A DNA stretch of 64,000 nt from Candidatus Zhuqueibacterota bacterium (GTDB lineage: Bacteria > Zhuqueibacterota > Zhuqueibacteria > Thermofontimicrobiales > Thermofontimicrobiaceae): NCBI GenBank assembly GCA_049322915.1, contig JBMOPW010000045.1:72206-136205 (forward strand), written 5' to 3'. Shown one piece after another: positions 58,349 through 64,000 of this stretch. The position numbers and the translations under genes were made by a program. Under the pieces are notes generated by a model. The model ran no database searches, was not told where the DNA came from, and saw nothing but the letters and a program-made list of their open reading frames with translations. The first letter of the stretch is position 1; the number at the start of each line of letters is the position of its first letter.

Positions 58349-59905
58349 ATGGCAAAACGATTATCCCCGGAATGGGCTGCGATTCTCCTGCTTGCGCTTT
58401 TCAAATTTTTATTACATGTCCTGTTACCGGCAAATTACGAATTGCATCGGGACACCTATCTCTACCTGGCTCAGGGCGCGCATCTGGATTGGAGTTTTCT
58501 CTCGGTGCCGCCAGTGACAGCGATGCTCGGAAATATCGCCCGGTTCTTCCTGGGCGATTCGGCATTCGCTGTTCAATTTTTTCCGGCGCTGGCCGGAGCG
58601 CTTTCCGTGGTCGTCGTCGGGATGATCATCAGGAGCCTGTCCGGAAAAATCTGGGCCATTGTATTAGGTTGCTCCGCGTTCATTCTCTCGGTGGCATTTT
58701 TACGAAGCAATGCCCTGTTCCAGCCGGTCGCATTCGACGAATTCTTCTGGCTGCTCTCCACCTATTTCATGGTGAAAATGCTTCAAACCCAACACCCGAA
58801 ATTCTGGATTCACCTGGGAATTACCTGGGGATTCGCGATACTGACCAAATACAATATTGGGTTTCTGATTTTCGCATTTGACCTCTCACTGCTCCTGACC
58901 AAAGACAGGAAATTGTTCCTCTCGAAATATTTTCTTTATGGGACGCTGCTGGCCAGCATCATCGTTCTGCCCAATTTGATCTGGCAATTTAACCACAATT
59001 TTCCTGTTGTCTATCACATGTCCCGGCTCCGGGCAGAACAGCTCGTGCATGTCCAGGCAGCCGATTTTTTAATGGCCCAGGTATTGATGAATATATCCAG
59101 TCTGTTCGTCTGGGTTTTTGGCGTAATTTTTCTTCTGTTCCTCCGGGAGGGAAAGAAATTTCGCGTGATGGGATTTACCTTTCTGGCAGTCATCTTGGTC
59201 TATCTCGTTCTCAAAGGAAAAGCGTATTACGCACTCGGAATTTATCCCATGCTGTTCGCCTTTGGCGGCTTTGCTTTTGAAAAATACTGCGTCGGTCGCC
59301 GGCATCTGCTGCGCCCCATCGTTTTGGTCGTGATGTTTTTCATGAGCCTGGCGCTGCTTCCGTTCAGCCTGCCGATTCTGCCGCTTGATAGCATGGTGGC
59401 GTACGGGGAGAAGGCGAAACAATTTGGCGGTGAGGGCGCCTTGCGCTGGGAGGATGGTCGCGTTTATCCGCTGCCCCAGGATTATGCGGACATGACCGGC
59501 TGGAAAGAACTGGGTGATATAGTCATCAATACCTATCAGAGCCTGAGTGATTCTGAAAAAGCCAGTTGTGCGATTTACGCTGAAAATTATGGGCAGGCCG
59601 GCGCTATTGTCTATTTCAGTCGATTTGATAACCTGCCCGAGCCGATCAGTTTTGAAGAGAGCTTCCTGTTCTGGGCGCCGGATAGCGCGGATTTCGAAAC
59701 GCTCATTTACGTGAATGACGATACCTCTGAAATCGTAAGGTATTTCGCATCAGTGGAACTGGCCGGACGAATTACTGATCCGTACGCCAGGGAGAGTGGG
59801 TTACCTGTCTGGCTGTGCAGAACGCCGCGCAATGGATTTGCAGATTTCTACGCGCAGAGGGTTAGGCAGGTCAAAGATCAATTTCGAAGAAAGTCCGGGG
59901 CTTGA
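58349..59905 (+). CDS. ArnT/PMT_2-family membrane glycosyltransferase
   Basis: HRDTYLY, VPP, LTKY, PNLIWQ, KAYY, NYGQAGA. Confidence 0.82.
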   Translation: MAKRLSPEWAAILLLALFKFLLHVLLPANYELHRDTYLYLAQGAHLDWSFLSVPPVTAMLGNIARFFLGDSAFAVQFFPALAGALSVVVVGMIIRSLSGKIWAIVLGCSAFILSVAFLRSNALFQPVAFDEFFWLLSTYFMVKMLQTQHPKFWIHLGITWGFAILTKYNIGFLIFAFDLSLLLTKDRKLFLSKYFLYGTLLASIIVLPNLIWQFNHNFPVVYHMSRLRAEQLVHVQAADFLMAQVLMNISSLFVWVFGVIFLLFLREGKKFRVMGFTFLAVILVYLVLKGKAYYALGIYPMLFAFGGFAFEKYCVGRRHLLRPIVLVVMFFMSLALLPFSLPILPLDSMVAYGEKAKQFGGEGALRWEDGRVYPLPQDYADMTGWKELGDIVINTYQSLSDSEKASCAIYAENYGQAGAIVYFSRFDNLPEPISFEESFLFWAPDSADFETLIYVNDDTSEIVRYFASVELAGRITDPYARESGLPVWLCRTPRNGFADFYAQRVRQVKDQFRRKSGA

Positions 59906-60096
59906 GAAATGGGACGCAGCCCGGCAAGTCGCGGGCAGAATTGGCAGGTTGAAAACCGAAATCACCCGGTGAATCCGAGCCTTCGGACGCGCTGAATTCT
60001 TTGCATTGGCGTGTACTCTGCCTCGGGCGTCAGCGGCTGGCAGGCAAATTTTTCCCGCTGACCAAAGGGGCTGTCATCGGTGAACGGATGCAGCGC

Positions 60097-60849
60097 TCAA
60101 TACTTCCCCACCGTGGCTAAATAAATCGCGAATTCTTCTTTGCCATCGACGCCGATGATCTGGTTGACAGCGTTGTCATCGAACGCTGCCACAGCGCAAC
60201 AGCCAATTCCCAGCGCTTCGCTGGTCAGATAGAGGTTCTGGCAGACATGGCCGGCGTCGAGGTAAATATAACGAAACGCCCGTTGCTGGTACTTCCAGAG
60301 ACTCCGTTGAATAATGGCAGTCCAGATGAATGACACGGCGCAGGTTACAAAGATACCCTGTCCCAGACAGGCCTCGGCAATGCGCTGTGGCAGGTCCGCG
60401 CCTTCCTGCACCAAGACCAGTTTATGCTCAAAGGGTAAATACCGGTAGAGCCCCGACAGTTGATCCTGCACTTGATTGAGTATCAGGTACGTTTCCAGCG
60501 GATGTCTTGCCCCGGCCGAAGGCGAGGTGCGATAGGAGTAGCCATAGCCCGATTCAATGACGCCCTGGGTTCCCCAGAGCAAGGCAGCCAATTCTTTGAG
60601 CGTGAGCGGTTCCCTGGAATAGCTGCGCCGTGAGCGGCGCTTCATCAAAAGGGTGAAAAAATTGTCCGCTGCGGCAGGAATGAACTCGTCAGCGCCGGGC
60701 AACCTCACCGTGGACTGGGACGAGAAGTATGGCTTTTTGTCCGATGGCACCGGCAGTCCCTGACTCATCTCACTGGGTGAGAAAAAATAATTGTATTTGG
60801 TAAATTCCTGGAAATATTCTCCGATATGAATTATCTGTGATTTCTCCAT
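60097..60849 (-). CDS. SagB/ThcOx-family (nitroreductase-fold) dehydrogenase
   Basis: RRSRRSY, RTSPSAGARHPLETY, LDAGHVCQN. Confidence 0.9.
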   Translation of the reverse strand: MEKSQIIHIGEYFQEFTKYNYFFSPSEMSQGLPVPSDKKPYFSSQSTVRLPGADEFIPAAADNFFTLLMKRRSRRSYSREPLTLKELAALLWGTQGVIESGYGYSYRTSPSAGARHPLETYLILNQVQDQLSGLYRYLPFEHKLVLVQEGADLPQRIAEACLGQGIFVTCAVSFIWTAIIQRSLWKYQQRAFRYIYLDAGHVCQNLYLTSEALGIGCCAVAAFDDNAVNQIIGVDGKEEFAIYLATVGKY

Positions 60850-61040
60850 CGATTCTCTCCCTCGCGGATACGTCTCCCGGCGTGAATTCAGTATTAACAA
60901 TGAATTTGATGTGGTTCGAAAAATCCAATCCTCGTGCGACCGCCAAACCTGACGCCAATTTCCCCATAATAAAAAGCGGCTGGCTCATTCTGATGAAAGC
61001 GCCAACCGCTGTGTAAATCATTATGGATGAATGCCGTCAA

Positions 61041-63716
<2,676 letters not shown>

Positions 63717-63780
63717 CAATACTTCTCCCTAACTTTGTTAAATTTGTCACACGTAGTTTATAAGACCTAACGTGAGCGAT

Positions 63781-63910
63781 TAGCCCACAGCTATCAGCCA
63801 TCAGCGGCAAGGTTTCAGCCATTTGGTGAGCTGAACGCTAGACGCAAGACGCAAGACGCTAGAAGCCAAAAGATAGAAGCCAAAAGCCAATAGCTAAATG
63901 CCAAACGCTA
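63781..63910. repeat. Degenerate heptamer array with inverted arms upstream of ppdK
   Basis: TAGCCCA CAGCTAT CAGCCAT CAGCGGC ... 11 consecutive 7-mers GCTGAAC GCTAGAC GCAAGAC GCAAGAC GCTAGAA GCCAAAA GATAGAA GCCAAAA GCCAATA GCTAAAT GCCAAAC. Confidence 0.8.
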
Positions 63911-64000
63911 ATCACTTCAATCAGGTCAGAGTTATTTTAGAATTTTTGAATCACACTCAGTTTTAATTTTCACATGACGGCTGCCGTTCAATCAGGCGCT

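Noticed and set aside
60097..60849. RiPP (azole) biosynthetic cluster
   Set aside because: The SagB-type dehydrogenase stands alone; no YcaO, E1-like partner or precursor peptide nearby

Overview
Bacterial genomic window. Several secreted proteins end in NYPNPFNP/FlgD-Ig domains, which weakly suggests a KSB1/Calditrichota-like lineage (inference only). It opens with the 3' end of a 5S rRNA plus terminator, tandemly duplicated. An accessory island follows (~0.5-8.7 kb): a DUF4384 protein, a secreted caspase-CLec(FGE-sulfatase) protein, a DUF4062-NACHT-CLec protein, a REP-associated tyrosine transposase with REP doublets, a MITE and an MNT-HEPN pair. The two CLec genes share a near-identical 3' end, and their differences cluster at codon positions 1-2 of NNY codons. 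This is the signature of diversity-generating retroelement (DGR) variable regions. No reverse transcriptase or template repeat is in the window, so they look like remote DGR targets on caspase and NLR-like scaffolds; this is the main finding. Downstream are two glycosylation genes, a full 14-subunit nuoA-N operon interrupted by a RelE/ParE TA pair and a decayed GxxExxY element, an arabinofuranosidase/GH109/GHMP-kinase cluster, an MBL hydrolase, a sigma54-preceded fliA, and an ECF sigma/anti-sigma unit. The rest comprises three secreted modular proteins (two share a ~1.5 kb near-identical C-terminal cassette), a TetR-TolC-MFP-RND efflux operon, an ArnT-like glycosyltransferase, a SagB-type oxidoreductase and ppdK. 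All family assignments are by eye from motifs; no database searches were run.
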